A stretch of DNA of 63,398 nucleotides, filler included, from Globobulimina sp. (GCA_003354225.1; 45 parts of 45 records of this genome joined end to end with filler, not necessarily neighbours in it); one strand, 5' to 3'; positions 23,999-36,597 are shown, counted from the first letter of the whole stretch. Made by a program: numbers and translations. Notes: generated by a model not told the origin, from the sequence alone.

Positions 23999-24676
23999 CA
24001 CTTTTCTGACTGCAATACCACTAAAATCACTGCCACCATATAAGTATAGATAATTATTAATTATATTGCATGCTGATTGGCGTACTGCAGTTTGTATACT
24101 TTGGCCTTGCGTCCAACTGTTACCCACAGTATCATATATTGTAAATTTATTGATTGGTGGACTATTAAATTCAGATTCATCCGTTCCTGACACAAGAAAT
24201 ATAAATCGACCATCATTTGCTAAACATGGACCAGCAACAGATGTTAAGTTTGGAGTGAAATTTATTGCATTGATGATTTGACCAGCGGTTAAATCGAATA
24301 CCTGTAATTTCTCATTAAATGCAAAATATAATAGATTATCAATTTGGGTATAAGCTTGCCCATAAATATTCGGTGCTGTGCTGAATGATAAATAATTGTT
24401 GCTATCATCAATAAAAGTTTGTGTTTCTATATCAAAATAATAAACTTCCCTTCCACCGCCATCAATTAACCAGATACCATGGTTTACAGCATCATAACCT
24501 GGAATTAAACCGGATGCACTTGTCATATTTCCTGATGATGTGACTGTGAATGTGGTCAATGGAGTAGATATCTGAGAAGAACACTCATTTATCAATGAAA
24601 AATACAATAATAATAATAATACGCAGTGACGTGAGTAAAAGTGTCCTATATTTAATTGCCTGAATGCCTCAACCAT
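23999..24676 (-). CDS. Secreted kelch/beta-propeller protein, 3' truncated
   Basis: Signal peptide; blades 'IWLIDG', 'IFLVSG..IYD..NSW', 'LYLYGG'. Confidence 0.75.
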
Positions 24677-25409
24677 TTTTTAATGTATGTTTGAATATGA
24701 AAATGTAGCACTGAAATAATGACTAACAACTGTTAAAGTGAATCATTCAGACATTAAATTGGTTAACGTTAACTGCGCTGCATCATTAAATTGGTTATTT
24801 TACAAAAGATTGCTTAATTTTTGTAGTTCAACATCCATCGATATCGGATGATCATTGAGCACCAACGTATTAGTGGCAGTTTAATGTGTACGTAGTAAGT
24901 ATGTGGTATTACAATAATGATAAAATTGGAATATTGAATTAATGTCAGAATTTGTATTAGCTATCATGTCAGTGACCATTCGCGAGTAATTGTGTATAAC
25001 TGATGAATGAAGAGTTTTTATAATACACATTCCATAACGAAACAAAAGGACAAAATGATGCCGGATAAATATATTTTAATACGGTGTGCCACGTTTTGAT
25101 ATTAAATCACAGTCTGATATTGTTCGATACTTCGATTGCAATCAATAAATGTGCATATTTGACATCAACACATTCTAGTTAGAATGTCGGACATTGACAT
25201 ATTATAATCTTAGACAAAAGTCCGTTATTGTATCAAATTGGTGCAAAGTGTAAACAAGCAACATCAGAGTTTGTTATTATTTTATAAAAGGAGCGATCAC
25301 TAACTTGCTNNNNNNNNNNNNNNNNNNNNNNNNNNNNNNNNNNNNNNNNNNNNTTAATTAATTAANNNNNNNNNNNNNNNNNNNNNNNNNNNNNNNNNNN
25401 NNNNNNNNN

Positions 25410-26542
25410 CGAAACAACTGTTGAAACAGCATAACCTCATCAACCAACTTCGATTTATTTCGTTATTCATACAAAATTATAGGAAATCAAAGAGGAAATT
25501 CAATAAGAAAAACTTGACCAACTTGTTACATAATCGATTAATTGCATTAAATGGTGACATATTTGAGAGTTTTGACAATGAGGAAAGTACAATAACATTG
25601 CCCTTAAATCCGTCCATTGTCGTCGGCCAATTAAAAGTGACAAAATGCAAATTCATGTCCTCTGCTAAAATGCCGCTATGGTTAGTTTTCAAGAACGGCG
25701 ATAGAAACGATATGGAATGCGATATAGAGACAATGTTCAAATGTGGCGACGATCTGCGCCAAGACATACTGACATTGCAATTGATATCCATTATGGACTC
25801 GTTTTGGTTGAAGAAGAATATTAATCTGAACATGAAAACGTATCAAGTTCTAGGCACCGGCTACAATGTAGGTTTTATAGAATTAGTGTTACAGTCCAAG
25901 ACTACCAATGTCATAGGTTCGTTGTCCAAGAAATCGCATTTGAAATATATCAGCAATAAAAGCAATGATAAACAACTGTCGCATGAGAATTATTCGCGGA
26001 GTGTGGCTGGATTCAGCGTAGCAACCTGGACCTTAGGGATTGGCGACAGACATCCGGACAATATCATGATTCATGAAAATGGCACATTGTTTCATATTGA
26101 TTTTGGACATTTTTTGGGCAATTTTAAGGAAAAAGATATTGGTTTAATGACATGGAAAAGAGAGAAAACGCCGTTTGTTTTTACCAAATGTATGAAATAT
26201 TGCATTGAAAATGGAGGTGATTCAAATTCAAATTGTTCATCCAATCAGAAACAAATCAATTATGCGCAGTTTGTCCGGTGGCTGTTTGCAGCATTCATAG
26301 AAATTAGAATCAGATATAAATTTCTGTTAAACTTGTTATTGTTGATGGTGCCCTCTCAAATGCCAGAGTTGATGACAGAAAGTGATGTCTCGTTTTTTAG
26401 AGAAGTATTGCGGTTTGATTTGAATGATCATGAGTCCATAGCATCGCATGTTGAAAATACATTGAAATTTTGCTTAGCAGATAAAAATAAGAAAATTGAT
26501 GATATGTTTCATAAAATTAAACATTCAAAAATCATCAAATAA
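25410..26542 (+). CDS. Phosphoinositide 3-kinase catalytic domain (class I-like), 5' truncated
   Basis: 'SAKMPLWL', 'FKCGDDLRQD', 'LGIGDRHPDN', 'FHIDFGHFLG'. Confidence 0.95.
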
Positions 26543-26591
26543 TTACTATTATTTCTCTTTTGTGTATATTGGTATCAATGTTTTATTACAG

Positions 26592-26720
26592 TTAACTTTT
26601 TTGGCTTAGTTTCGTTTCGTTTCATTTCAACGATTAGAAAAGTTTTTGGTTAGCTAGAGTGGTTTTGAACCTAGCATTCGAAGTTGAACTAGGTCATCGA
26701 ATACTAGGTTAACTTCGAAT
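26592..26720. mobile_element. Partial copy of the palindromic MITE-like family seen at 55070-55279
   Basis: Shares 'acttttt.ggctta', 'gttagcta.agtggtttt' and 'cgaatactagg' units; cut by the contig end. Confidence 0.65.
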
Positions 26721-26939
26721 NNNNNNNNNNNNNNNNNNNNNNNNNNNNNNNNNNNNNNNNNNNNTTAATTAATTAANNNNNNNNNNNNNNNNNNNNNNNN
26801 NNNNNNNNNNNNNNNNNNNNATGTCACTAAATCCATCGTCCAGTAATTGTGCAAAAGCGAATGTGTCTAAAAATAATAATTATTTGTTACAAGTCAACCA
26901 AAATGAAGGTTTTTTTTTTATTTTTCTGATGTTTTTTAG

Positions 26940-28131
26940 ATGCTTTTTGTTTTTTGCACAGGTGATTCTGACAATTTATTTGACGAAGAAGAGCGTAAAA
27001 AAGTATATATTAAGAAACGACGCAGCAAAAAGAAGCCAATGGCGATGCAAATGGTGACATTGGACAATTCCAAATCGGCCACAGATATGTCCGACAATGA
27101 CGATTTATTATTCCACCATAAAATATCCCGTCCGCGCGCCTCCTCCTTCGATGACAGTATATTTATAGACGACGCTGACAAAGAGAAGGAGGAAGAGGAG
27201 AAATATGGGGCAATGACCTCCATCGCAGATATCGAATACATTACATTGCCCGATAAACATACCGGGACTGACACTGTCATTCAATATCAACATCAATACC
27301 AACATAAAAAACACACTGTGCCGGTGCCGACATTCAGTATTTATGGACTACCACGGAACAGCGACTATGAATTTGAACTGTTAGATCAACATTTTTTTAA
27401 TCAATGCGGTTGGATGCGGAATTTGTCGCCTTTCCAATTGGGGATTGAAGTGATATATTGGTGCGACACACCACCGTTGAATTTGCACGCAAACTCTGAC
27501 ATTTTGCTCAATGTGAAAGAAAGCGCCGCATCAACGGTGCAGTCGCAGAACAAAGCCAACCGCGGCCGCGGCCATCGTAGCAGTAACATGTGCGATGAGG
27601 CAGCTTCTTCATTCAGTGAATTGTATCCGTATTCAGGCGGCCATGGCAGTAAACACAAAAGCAGTCTGAAACAGTATGACGATGCAAGCGACACTGTCAC
27701 GTTGACCAAAGGCATCGCGAAGCAGAAAGACAAGGAAGAGGAGGAGGAAGAGGAGGAGGAAGAGGAGGTGACCGACATTCGCAGAAATGTGTATCGCTCC
27801 AAGTCCAGAATGTGTATGAGAATGACCATCGGGGAGGAAAAGGACGAGTTTGCCTACGATTATACAGTGCGGCCATACGGCGATGCCTTGGCATTGATTG
27901 AGTGCTTGGATGAGTTGACAGCGCCGCATGATATGAACGAATGTCTGGGCTATGTGGTCGACGTTATTTTCCGCACTGCGCAGACTTACCGGAAATTTAA
28001 TATTCGCAAACAAACTAAGATGGAGCGATATCATTTGGATTTATATTCCTCATTGACTTATAAGCAGAGCAGCACGAATGAGGAGGACAAGGATGTCAAG
28101 AAAAAGAAGAAGAAAAAGAAGAAACGTAAAA
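26940..28131 (+). CDS. Probable VPS9-domain (Rab5 GEF) protein, internal exon
   Basis: 'PYGDALALIECLDELTAPHDMNECL..V..I' resembles the VPS9 helical bundle; acceptor CAG at ~26961. Confidence 0.5.
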
Positions 28132-28231
28132 NNNNNNNNNNNNNNNNNNNNNNNNNNNNNNNNNNNNNNNNNNNNTTAATTAATTAANNNNNNNNNNNNN
28201 NNNNNNNNNNNNNNNNNNNNNNNNNNNNNNN

Positions 28232-28570
28232 TTTTATTTTTTTGTATTCATCCGTAATAATAATATTTTCTATTCTATATTGTGCATGTGCCAAAACAAA
28301 GACTTTCAAGGCGGCAATAACTTCATCCATTGTTTGATAATTTATATTTACGTTTATTGTTTTATATTTACGAGGTCTGTGCGTACCATATACTTTATAA
28401 TATTCTTGTAATTGAATTAATGTTGCATTTTTTGATGTGTTAATTGACTTTTTCTTTCTGAGCGATTTGGCAAAATCACTTTGACCGTTGAGGTGACAAT
28501 TTGTCTTGGTTACGTTGTATTGTTTGGTTTGCTGATTCCAAGTGACAAACGATGATACAGTGATATTCAT
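28232..28570 (-). CDS. Hypothetical protein, N-terminal fragment
   Basis: Open ORF running into the contig end. Confidence 0.4.
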
Positions 28571-28884
28571 GGTGTTGAGTGTAAATAAAAACTGTAAATT
28601 TTCAGTAAAAATGATCAAAATGGAATGAGATAATTTAATTTTTTTAGTCTTCGTTTTGCGTTTTAACGTTAAAACTGTTTTCTATATATATTAAGGACTA
28701 TCATATATGGATATTGGCTTGGTGGAAGAGCTAGTTCACAAAAGAGACTTTTTTTTTGGTTCTAGTTACAGCTCAGAAAAATCTCAAAACGACAAAATGT
28801 GTTTGCTCAATTTTCTCAATTTTATTCTCAAGTTGTATACATTTTATTCGATTATCCTGAAACGGTTTGCTATAGGTATCTCTT

Positions 28885-29175
28885 GGATTTATTCTGGTTT
28901 TGTTATAACTTTGTCTTGGGTTTCAGTTTGCAAATCCAGCACAAAGTCAGAACAAAATTTATAATTGAATTTTCGGTATACAAAGGGGTGGTATGTTTTG
29001 TAATATATCGTTAAGGTAAAGGTGTTTTTCACGCAAGTTATGTCAGAGTTAGCCTAAACGATATATTCCAAAAGATAGCACCCCCTTGGTACACACTTGG
29101 TTCAATTATAAATTTGTTCTGATTTTGTTCTGGATTTGCAAACCCAAGACAGTTATAACAAACACAGAACAAACC
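28885..29175. repeat. ~290-bp imperfect inverted repeat (fold-back element)
   Basis: Arm 'tgttataact..tgtcttgggt..ttgcaaatccag..cagaacaaa.tttataattgaa' recurs in reverse complement at 29050-29175. Confidence 0.85.
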
Positions 29176-29179
29176 TGTG

Positions 29180-29300
29180 CACACGAAATAAATGTAACCC
29201 CCACGAAATAAATTTTACCTGCACATGAAATAAATGTTACCCGCACACGAAATAAATGTAACCCTCACACACGAAATAAATGTTCACCGCACACGAAAAA
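29180..29300 (+). repeat. Minisatellite, ~22-bp unit cacacgaaataaatgt.accc, 5-6 copies
   Basis: Directly visible tandem units. Confidence 0.9.
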
Positions 29301-29642
29301 ATTGAAAACACGAACAACATAAATTCGTCTCCCACCCGTCGAAAGAACAACGCGCACCATGGAAATGAACAACGCGCACAAAGTTTTCTTGCAAGTGAAA
29401 AAAAAAATATGTAATAAAAAGATACGCCCCTTGTATACCATTATCTCGGTTCACGTTTGTTGGAAACGTAAGGGAAATATTCGGTATACAGGGGGGTGTT
29501 ATCTATCTGAATATATCGCCTTGTTACTATGTTTATATGAATNNNNNNNNNNNNNNNNNNNNNNNNNNNNNNNNNNNNNNNNNNNNTTAATTAATTAANN
29601 NNNNNNNNNNNNNNNNNNNNNNNNNNNNNNNNNNNNNNNNNN

Positions 29643-30541
29643 AAGTCATTACTATGGCGTCCATTTTTTGAGTGTACAATCTTGACTTTATCATTCGGTA
29701 CATGTCTGGTGAAAGTCTCCGCAACTTTTTCGCAATGAGCAATTCCAGCCGTGAAAACCAATACGCTTTTTCTATTTTGAGTATAAGAAATGATTTCTTT
29801 AACCGCTTTTCGAACCACTTCGTCATTATTAAACCTTTCTTCCATCTCATTAAGTGCATAATCGCCGCCCCTCACTTTTACGCCGTCCATACTCACCCGC
29901 TCAGCGCTGTTTTTTGATATTATCTTTGATAGATATTGTGTGTTGTCTTTATTTCTAAAATGATTAGGGTCGATTAGCTCTGTGAGTGAACATTCATAAC
30001 AGATATCGTCAAAGATTGCTTCCTTTCCTTCAGTTAATACGCCGGTTTTCATCCTGTACGGTGTGGCAGATAGGCCCGCTATTACGATATCTTTGTTGAT
30101 TCCTTCCATCTCATTAAGAAAATGACGGTAGGTTCCCTCTACCTTTGCCGGTATCCGATGAGCCTCATCAACCAATATGAGGTCAAAATACCCTAACTCA
30201 CAGGCTCTTTTATGTACCGATTGTATGCCCGCAAATATTATTCTGTTGCCCGTGTCACGTCTTTTAAGGCCCGCTGAGTAAATCCCTATATTGATAAACA
30301 GGTTATTATCAAGATTTTCTATCAGTTCATTATAATTCTGTTTAATCAATTCCTGTTGATGCGTCAACAATAGTATCCTTGTGCCGGTAAATTCAAGCAT
30401 AGTTTTGACAATATGCGCTTGCACAAGGCTTTTACCGCTCCCGGTAGGCAGCACAATTAGAGGGTGCTTGCCGGGATGGCTCTTGACATAGCGAAAGAAA
30501 TAATCAATCGCTAATTGTTGGTAGTATCTGAGTTTAAGCAT
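29643..30541 (-). CDS. Phage-type superfamily II (RadD/YejH-like) DEAH helicase, 3' truncated
   Basis: 'LRYYQ', 'LPTGSGKS', 'DEAH', 'SATPYR'; no introns; start overlaps the upstream stop. Confidence 0.9.
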
Positions 30542-30731
30542 TTTTATTCAATACCGATAATACCGACGTGCAAAACGCGCCTATTAAAATAAAATGCCAA
30601 AACATTTTAAACATTTCCATATGCGTTAAGTGGCTATGATTGAACCAATAAAAAGCCGGATAAGAATAACAAAATATTCCGATTATGACAGTGAATATAT
30701 ATATTATAATTTTCATCCTACTCCCCCACAA
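30534..30731 (-). CDS. Small two-TM phage-like protein
   Basis: Overlaps both neighbours, consistent with translational coupling. Confidence 0.55.
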   Translation of the reverse strand: MWGSRMKIIIYIFTVIIGIFCYSYPAFYWFNHSHLTHMEMFKMFWHFILIGAFCTSVLSVLNKNA

Positions 30732-30901
30732 TACTCACATTCTTTTACTTCGCGCACCATGTCTGACCGAGCACCACACGAGCTACATTCAACCTGTCCA
30801 TTTTTTACGCGTCTGCCCATTTTATCACCAGCTACAACGTCACCATTGTTTGATAATCTGCAAAATATTAGTTCTTCTATATTCGTTTGATAATTTGCCA
30901 T
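30713..30901 (-). CDS. Small zinc-ribbon protein (phage-like)
   Basis: CSSC...CEYC; purine-rich RBS-like 'agagagg' upstream. Confidence 0.55.
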   Translation of the reverse strand: MANYQTNIEELIFCRLSNNGDVVAGDKMGRRVKNGQVECSSCGARSDMVREVKECEYCGGVG

Positions 30902-31033
30902 TATTCTAGTGCCTCTCTTATTTCATTAAAAAAACAATCAAGATTGCAGAAATNNNNNNNNNNNNNNNNNNNNNNNNNNNNNNNNNNNNNNNNNNNNTTA
31001 ATTAATTAANNNNNNNNNNNNNNNNNNNNNNNN

Positions 31034-32364
31034 NNNNNNNNNNNNNNNNNNNNAGAGGTTTCTATGTCACGCTGACTACGGACAGTCTCGAGTACACAGA
31101 TGGCGTTTCTGTTGGAAGTATTTTTGCTTCAAACGCGGATTTGGATTTTAAAGAAGGGATTGGTTTAGAATATCCTTTCGGGACTGCATATACACCGCGA
31201 GTCTGGAATGGCAGAATACATTACAATGCAGGTACTAACGCACCAATGTTACCAACAACAAATCCCACTCAGCAGCCAACAAATTCAATTTCATTATGCG
31301 CAACAACCCCAGATCCCACATGGTGTTATTATATTGATTTATATCCAACACATTCAGACAGCACAACAACAGTCAATATAACCGACATCGATAGAGCTTC
31401 TGACGTATATTTTAATATAGTATTTACTCCACGAGGACAATTATGCATTGATCCATCAATCACTTTTGAATATGAACAAATTGATATATCAGCGACTACG
31501 GAATATATTGACATAATGGATAATGAAGGCAGCACAATCCAACAATGTCAAGGCAATGGGGGAGCAGATTCCCAATGTAATGTGTGGTGGCCATGCGTAT
31601 CAAATTATAGTTTGGGTGTTCCTCAAATTAATGCGGAAGCACCCTATCAAATTCAGCTAATGGCATCTGCCCAAATGGATGCATTATGCACAACACTGGT
31701 AACCAACGCAAAACTACATTTTCAATGTAAGGGAACTGAGTCACCAACAATGGAGCCTACATTTGATCCATCTGCGGCTCCCAGCACACAAACCTTAGCG
31801 CCCACAACTAGTGAACCGACTGCAACACCAACTATCGGTTTGTATACATTTATATATCATTCGTGTATTTCCTATATTTATCATCAATTGGTAAGGTATA
31901 CCGTATGCTCTTTCTTGTGACTCTATCTGCATATAAACTGTGTCTGTGTCTGTGTGCATAATGATATAATTAGCAAACCCCACAAATGAGTCAACATCCG
32001 ATCCGACACAGATTCCCACACTAAATCCAAGCACTACCAATCCGACACAAAACCCTTCCACTGCACCAACAGCAGACTCAACATCAGATCCAACACAGAT
32101 TCCTTCCACTGCGCCAACAAATATTGCATCGGGCAATGTGCTGTCAACAAATATAACAGCATTCCAATCACAAAATGGTTTTGTTTCCTATTTGTGTCCA
32201 TTGTTGAATGCAAAATATTGTTAAATTAATTTGAATTTTTATTATAGAATCTGGCAAAGGGAAAGGGAACAGCAATAAAGAGTTCATATGGATATTTATA
32301 TCGGTTTTATCAGTGCTTGCATGCATTAATATTGTTTGTGCAGTATTTTATTTTAACAAGAAAC
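31034..32364 (+). CDS. Cell-surface protein with Cys-containing domain, Pro/Thr-rich stalk and C-terminal TM; multi-exon
   Basis: PT/PS repeats in two exons, introns at ~31838-31973 and ~32180-32247, hydrophobic helix at the end. Confidence 0.65.
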
Positions 32365-32541
32365 NNNNNNNNNNNNNNNNNNNNNNNNNNNNNNNNNNNN
32401 NNNNNNNNTTAATTAATTAANNNNNNNNNNNNNNNNNNNNNNNNNNNNNNNNNNNNNNNNNNNNCCACCTCCTTCTGTTTACCCATTTCATGCGTTTGAT
32501 TTTTAATACGATTTTTCTTAAACTACTCAACTCTCAGTTAA

Positions 32542-33775
32542 ATGGGCAATGCAGCACGAAAACAAAAGAAAATTAAATGGAAAAAATCAGACGGAAAAAT
32601 ATTACGAAAGAAAAAAATAGAAAAGAAAAACAGATCACAATTATTAGTCAGTGGATACGTTAGAAAATGCAGCACCCACTACATCCACACAGATATTATT
32701 AGCATTATTCATGCGTTCCATTATTATATTTTATTGCTATTATATTCTATCGGCGGCAACAGATATGGACAACAAGGAAACGGAGGAAACGAAGATATTA
32801 AAAAAATAACAAAAATAAAAACATTTGAAAAACAAATAAAAAATATTGTTACTTGTGGTGGTAAGTCTGGTGTAGCAGCATATATTTTATTTGATGATGA
32901 AACATATGAATGTTGCGGTTGTAATGGAAGGGGTGTATTAGGTGTTGGCCATTATAATAACATTAATATATGGCATCAAACAAAAGATATGAAAATAAAA
33001 AATATATTTGCAGCACCAAACGAATCAAGGCACTCATTTTGTATTTCAAATGAGAATAAATTATATGCTGTCGGACGGAATAATTGTAATCAATTTGGTA
33101 TAGAAACAGATGAACAAAATAATAATAAATGGATACCAATTAATACGTCATTATCAATTCAAAAAGTAGCCACAGCTCAGTGTTATACAACACTTTTAAG
33201 TACAAATGGTAATATATATGTTGCTGGTTATGATTATGGTAAAGGTGGTTTAGGATTAGGTGAAGGTATTAGACGATCCCCAAATATTCAAGAAATTCAA
33301 ATAAAAATAAAATTTGAGGATATATATTGTGGATGTTATCATACCTTAGCAATTGATGATAATTATGGTGTTTGGTCGTGGGGAGATGGTAGATATGGTA
33401 TGTTAGGCCATGGCGATGATAATAATAGATATTCACCAACAAGAATACAATATTTTATTCAAAACAATATTAAAATTGCTAAAATATGTTGTGGTTATTT
33501 TCATAATATATTATTATCATTAAATAAGAAAGTTTTGTTCTTTTTGTGTTGTGTTTACTTATTTTTACAAATATATTTTAATAAATAAATAAGATATATT
33601 GTTTTGGATACAATGCGGAATATCAATGTGGTAATGGTTCAGATGAAACTGTATATTTACCACAACCAAATCAAACATTAAAAAAGGAAACAATTATTGA
33701 TATTAAATGTGGTGGGAATCATAATATTGTTAAGACAGCGGATAACAAATATTATTTATGGGGACATAATGAATC
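32542..33775 (+). CDS. RCC1-repeat protein with N-terminal 'LLVSGY.R..I..DII.II..F' motif; 3' truncated
   Basis: Blades such as 'CG.YHTLA..VWSWG.G.YG.LG.G'; intron 33532-33593. Confidence 0.9.
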
Positions 33776-34352
33776 NNNNNNNNNNNNNNNNNNNNNNNNN
33801 NNNNNNNNNNNNNNNNNNNTTAATTAATTAANNNNNNNNNNNNNNNNNNNNNNNNNNNNNNNNNNNNNNNNNNNNCGTTCTTCATCATCAGGAGTTTTAG
33901 GGGGTTTCTTTCAAAGACTTGTGATTAAGAATATTTCCTATAGAAATGATCCTGTACAAGTATTTCCTTACAGAATAATAGTTTTAGCATTAAACATTTA
34001 TAAATTTCCATTCCCATCAAACATTTATACATTTCATTCAAACCAATTCCATTTATGGCATTATATTCTTTCTATTCTACATCCAATGCGTGTTTTGCAT
34101 CCGATGCTGTGTATCTACGTGCACGTACTGCATGCATCTATTATGTGTATTTCAGTGTTGAGTGTGCTTGCCATGCCATGCCATGCCATGATGAAATGTT
34201 TTTTTTTTTGAGTATAAATGCTGCTTAATTTCAAATTCAAAAAAATAAATGATTCCAATCCATAAATTGCGGAAATGTTGATTATTTGTGTGCCGCCACC
34301 AATGTGTGCGAATTGTCGATGCAAAAATATAAAAAAAAAGTTGCTTTTGACT

Positions 34353-34554
34353 CGACTCAGATAGGATTTAAACCTATATCTATGTGAATTACACCAACAA
34401 TATGCATTATGGATTATATTTAGGATATGGTAAACAAATAGTTTTGCATAGCCATTACAGCTTACTTTTTCAGATTAGAAAAGGTTAAATGTTGGGGGGG
34501 AAACAGCCGAAGCTGCAGACACACGCTCTATCGATGCAATTGAGCTACTGAGTC
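34353..34554 (-). ncRNA. tRNA-like element (anticodon GCA, Cys) with a ~125-nt insert after position 37; degenerate D- and T-loops
   Basis: Perfect acceptor stem GACTCAG/CTGAGTC, D stem GCTC/GAGC, T stem ATAGG/CCTAT, loop CT-GCA-G. Confidence 0.75.
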
Positions 34555-34659
34555 TTTTGCTTATTTCATTTCTTGTGCATAATACAATTATTGATAAGCT
34601 ATATATATTGCTATTGAATTGCACAAAAACATTAATGGTAAACAGGTAAAAAGAAGGTA

Positions 34660-34875
34660 CAGATGAGATGAGATGAGATGAATATATTAATATTGCAGTT
34701 TAATACAATACAATTGATTACAAAACAGATCGAACAGCTAATTGCAACAAAACAAAACAAAACAAAACAAAACACTCAATTCAATTCAATTCAATTCAAT
34801 TCAATTCGGATATATATATATATATATTTTATTAATTATTGTATTGCAATTAGAATAAGAATGAGAATGAGAATG
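34660..34875. repeat. Cluster of microsatellites: (GATGA)n, (AAAAC)n, (AATTC)n, (AT)n, (GAATGA)n
   Basis: Directly visible. Confidence 0.85.
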
Positions 34876-35286
34876 ACAAGGATATATACGATATATTGCT
34901 CAAACAATTCTGATATAATATTTGCAATTGATTCAATTAATATTCATTATAAAATTAAAATGATCCATCCATGCAATACATTGCATTGCTCCATGTACAA
35001 TAAAATCAAATCAAAATGAATTCAAGTGGCTCCATTTTTACATTGTTAAATACAGGATCGATCCGAACCACTCAAAACTTTAAACTTGCCATTGAGTTGT
35101 CATGATGGATGAGGATGATGTTTTCTAGCTTGCCAATGTATTTATTTAGTTCAACATTTTTAAACAAATTAAATGAAACCATAAGCNNNNNNNNNNNNNN
35201 NNNNNNNNNNNNNNNNNNNNNNNNNNNNNNTTAATTAATTAANNNNNNNNNNNNNNNNNNNNNNNNNNNNNNNNNNNNNNNNNNNN

Positions 35287-36597
35287 TCGACAAGATTGCA
35301 TCGGAAGAGAAAGGGTCCAAAGTTATGCATTCCATGACACTTTCGGTGGTGGAGGGCCCACTGGGGACGGAAGACAAAAATTTGAAATTTCCTGAAATTT
35401 CTCCAAACGGCATTCAGGAGGAAAACTTTTCATCCCTGGATAAGTTGTTAAGAGTAACAGCTTACATTCTTCGTATCTTGGAAAGAGTAAAACGAAGGAA
35501 TGTGCCCAGCAGTAAATCATTGACTTCGGAGGAATTGAGTAGAGCCAAGAAATTGTGGATTGTCTATACTGAAAGGAAATACTATGCTGAAGTGATCGCA
35601 GCAATGGAACGGGAAAAGAGGAATAATTTGAAGGACCAGTTGAATCTGGAAATGGATGATGGTGTCATTAGGTGTAAAGGCAGATATGATCATGCGGAGT
35701 TACCAGAAGCGGCGAGGAAACCTATCCTTCTGCCACGGAAATCATACTTCACCAGATTGATCATTGAAGGCATTCATAAAACAATAATGCACTCGGGCAT
35801 TTCACAAACGTTGGCTCATCTTCGATATGAATTCTGGGTGCCACAAGGTCGAGCGGTGGTACAAAATATCATATTTCACTGCAACGTATGCAGACGGATG
35901 GAAGGTGGTTCATATAAAATGCCAAATATGCCATCATGGCCGAGACAACGGGTATCGGAGTCAACACCATTCAAATATACTGGATTGGATTACTTCGGAC
36001 CTCTGTATATCAAGGAAGGAAGGAACGGGGAAACCAAGAAAGTTTGGGTTTGCCTCTTTACATGTTTATCAGTCCGAGCCGTCCACTTGGAGCTCGTGCA
36101 AGACATGACAACGGAACAATTTTTGCTTTGTCTACGTCGATTTATCGCCCGAAGGGGGACACCGGAACAAATCACTTCGGACAATGCTACACAATTCAAG
36201 GTGTCAAAGGGAATCTTGGATAAAGTATGGAATGTTATACGAAGCGACGAAGTGCAAAGTTACGTGGCAAAGCACAGAATTAAATGGAACTTTATTGTGC
36301 AGTTGGCCCCATGGATGGGAGGATTCTATGAACGGTTAGTTGGGGTAGTAAAACGGTCCCCTAAAAATGTTATTATGACCTCTGAACAGTTGGAAACTGT
36401 ATTGATTGAAGCAGAGGCAGTGGTCAACTCTCATCCTTTGGTACATGTGGATGGGGATATTAATTCAAGTATCACATTATCGCCATCACATTTTCTCACA
36501 CTGAACCCTTACACAGGAATTCCGGAGTGTAAGGAAGATCTTGATCCTGAGTTTCGACTGGATGGTACCATCAGTAAAGCTCAAGAGTTATTGGACA
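35287..36597 (+). mobile_element. BEL/Pao LTR retrotransposon pol fragment (zinc-binding HHCC + DDE integrase)
   Basis: 'H..MHSG..C.VC', 'TGLDYFGP', 'RAVHLELV', 'SDNATQF', 'APWMGGFYERLV'. Confidence 0.95.

Noticed and set aside
24850-25309. Possible decayed gene upstream of the kelch gene
   Set aside because: Composition looks coding-like, but all frames are broken and I could not recognise any motif
29180-29300. 22-bp repeats as a CRISPR array
   Set aside because: Units are directly tandem with no unique spacers, and no cas genes are present
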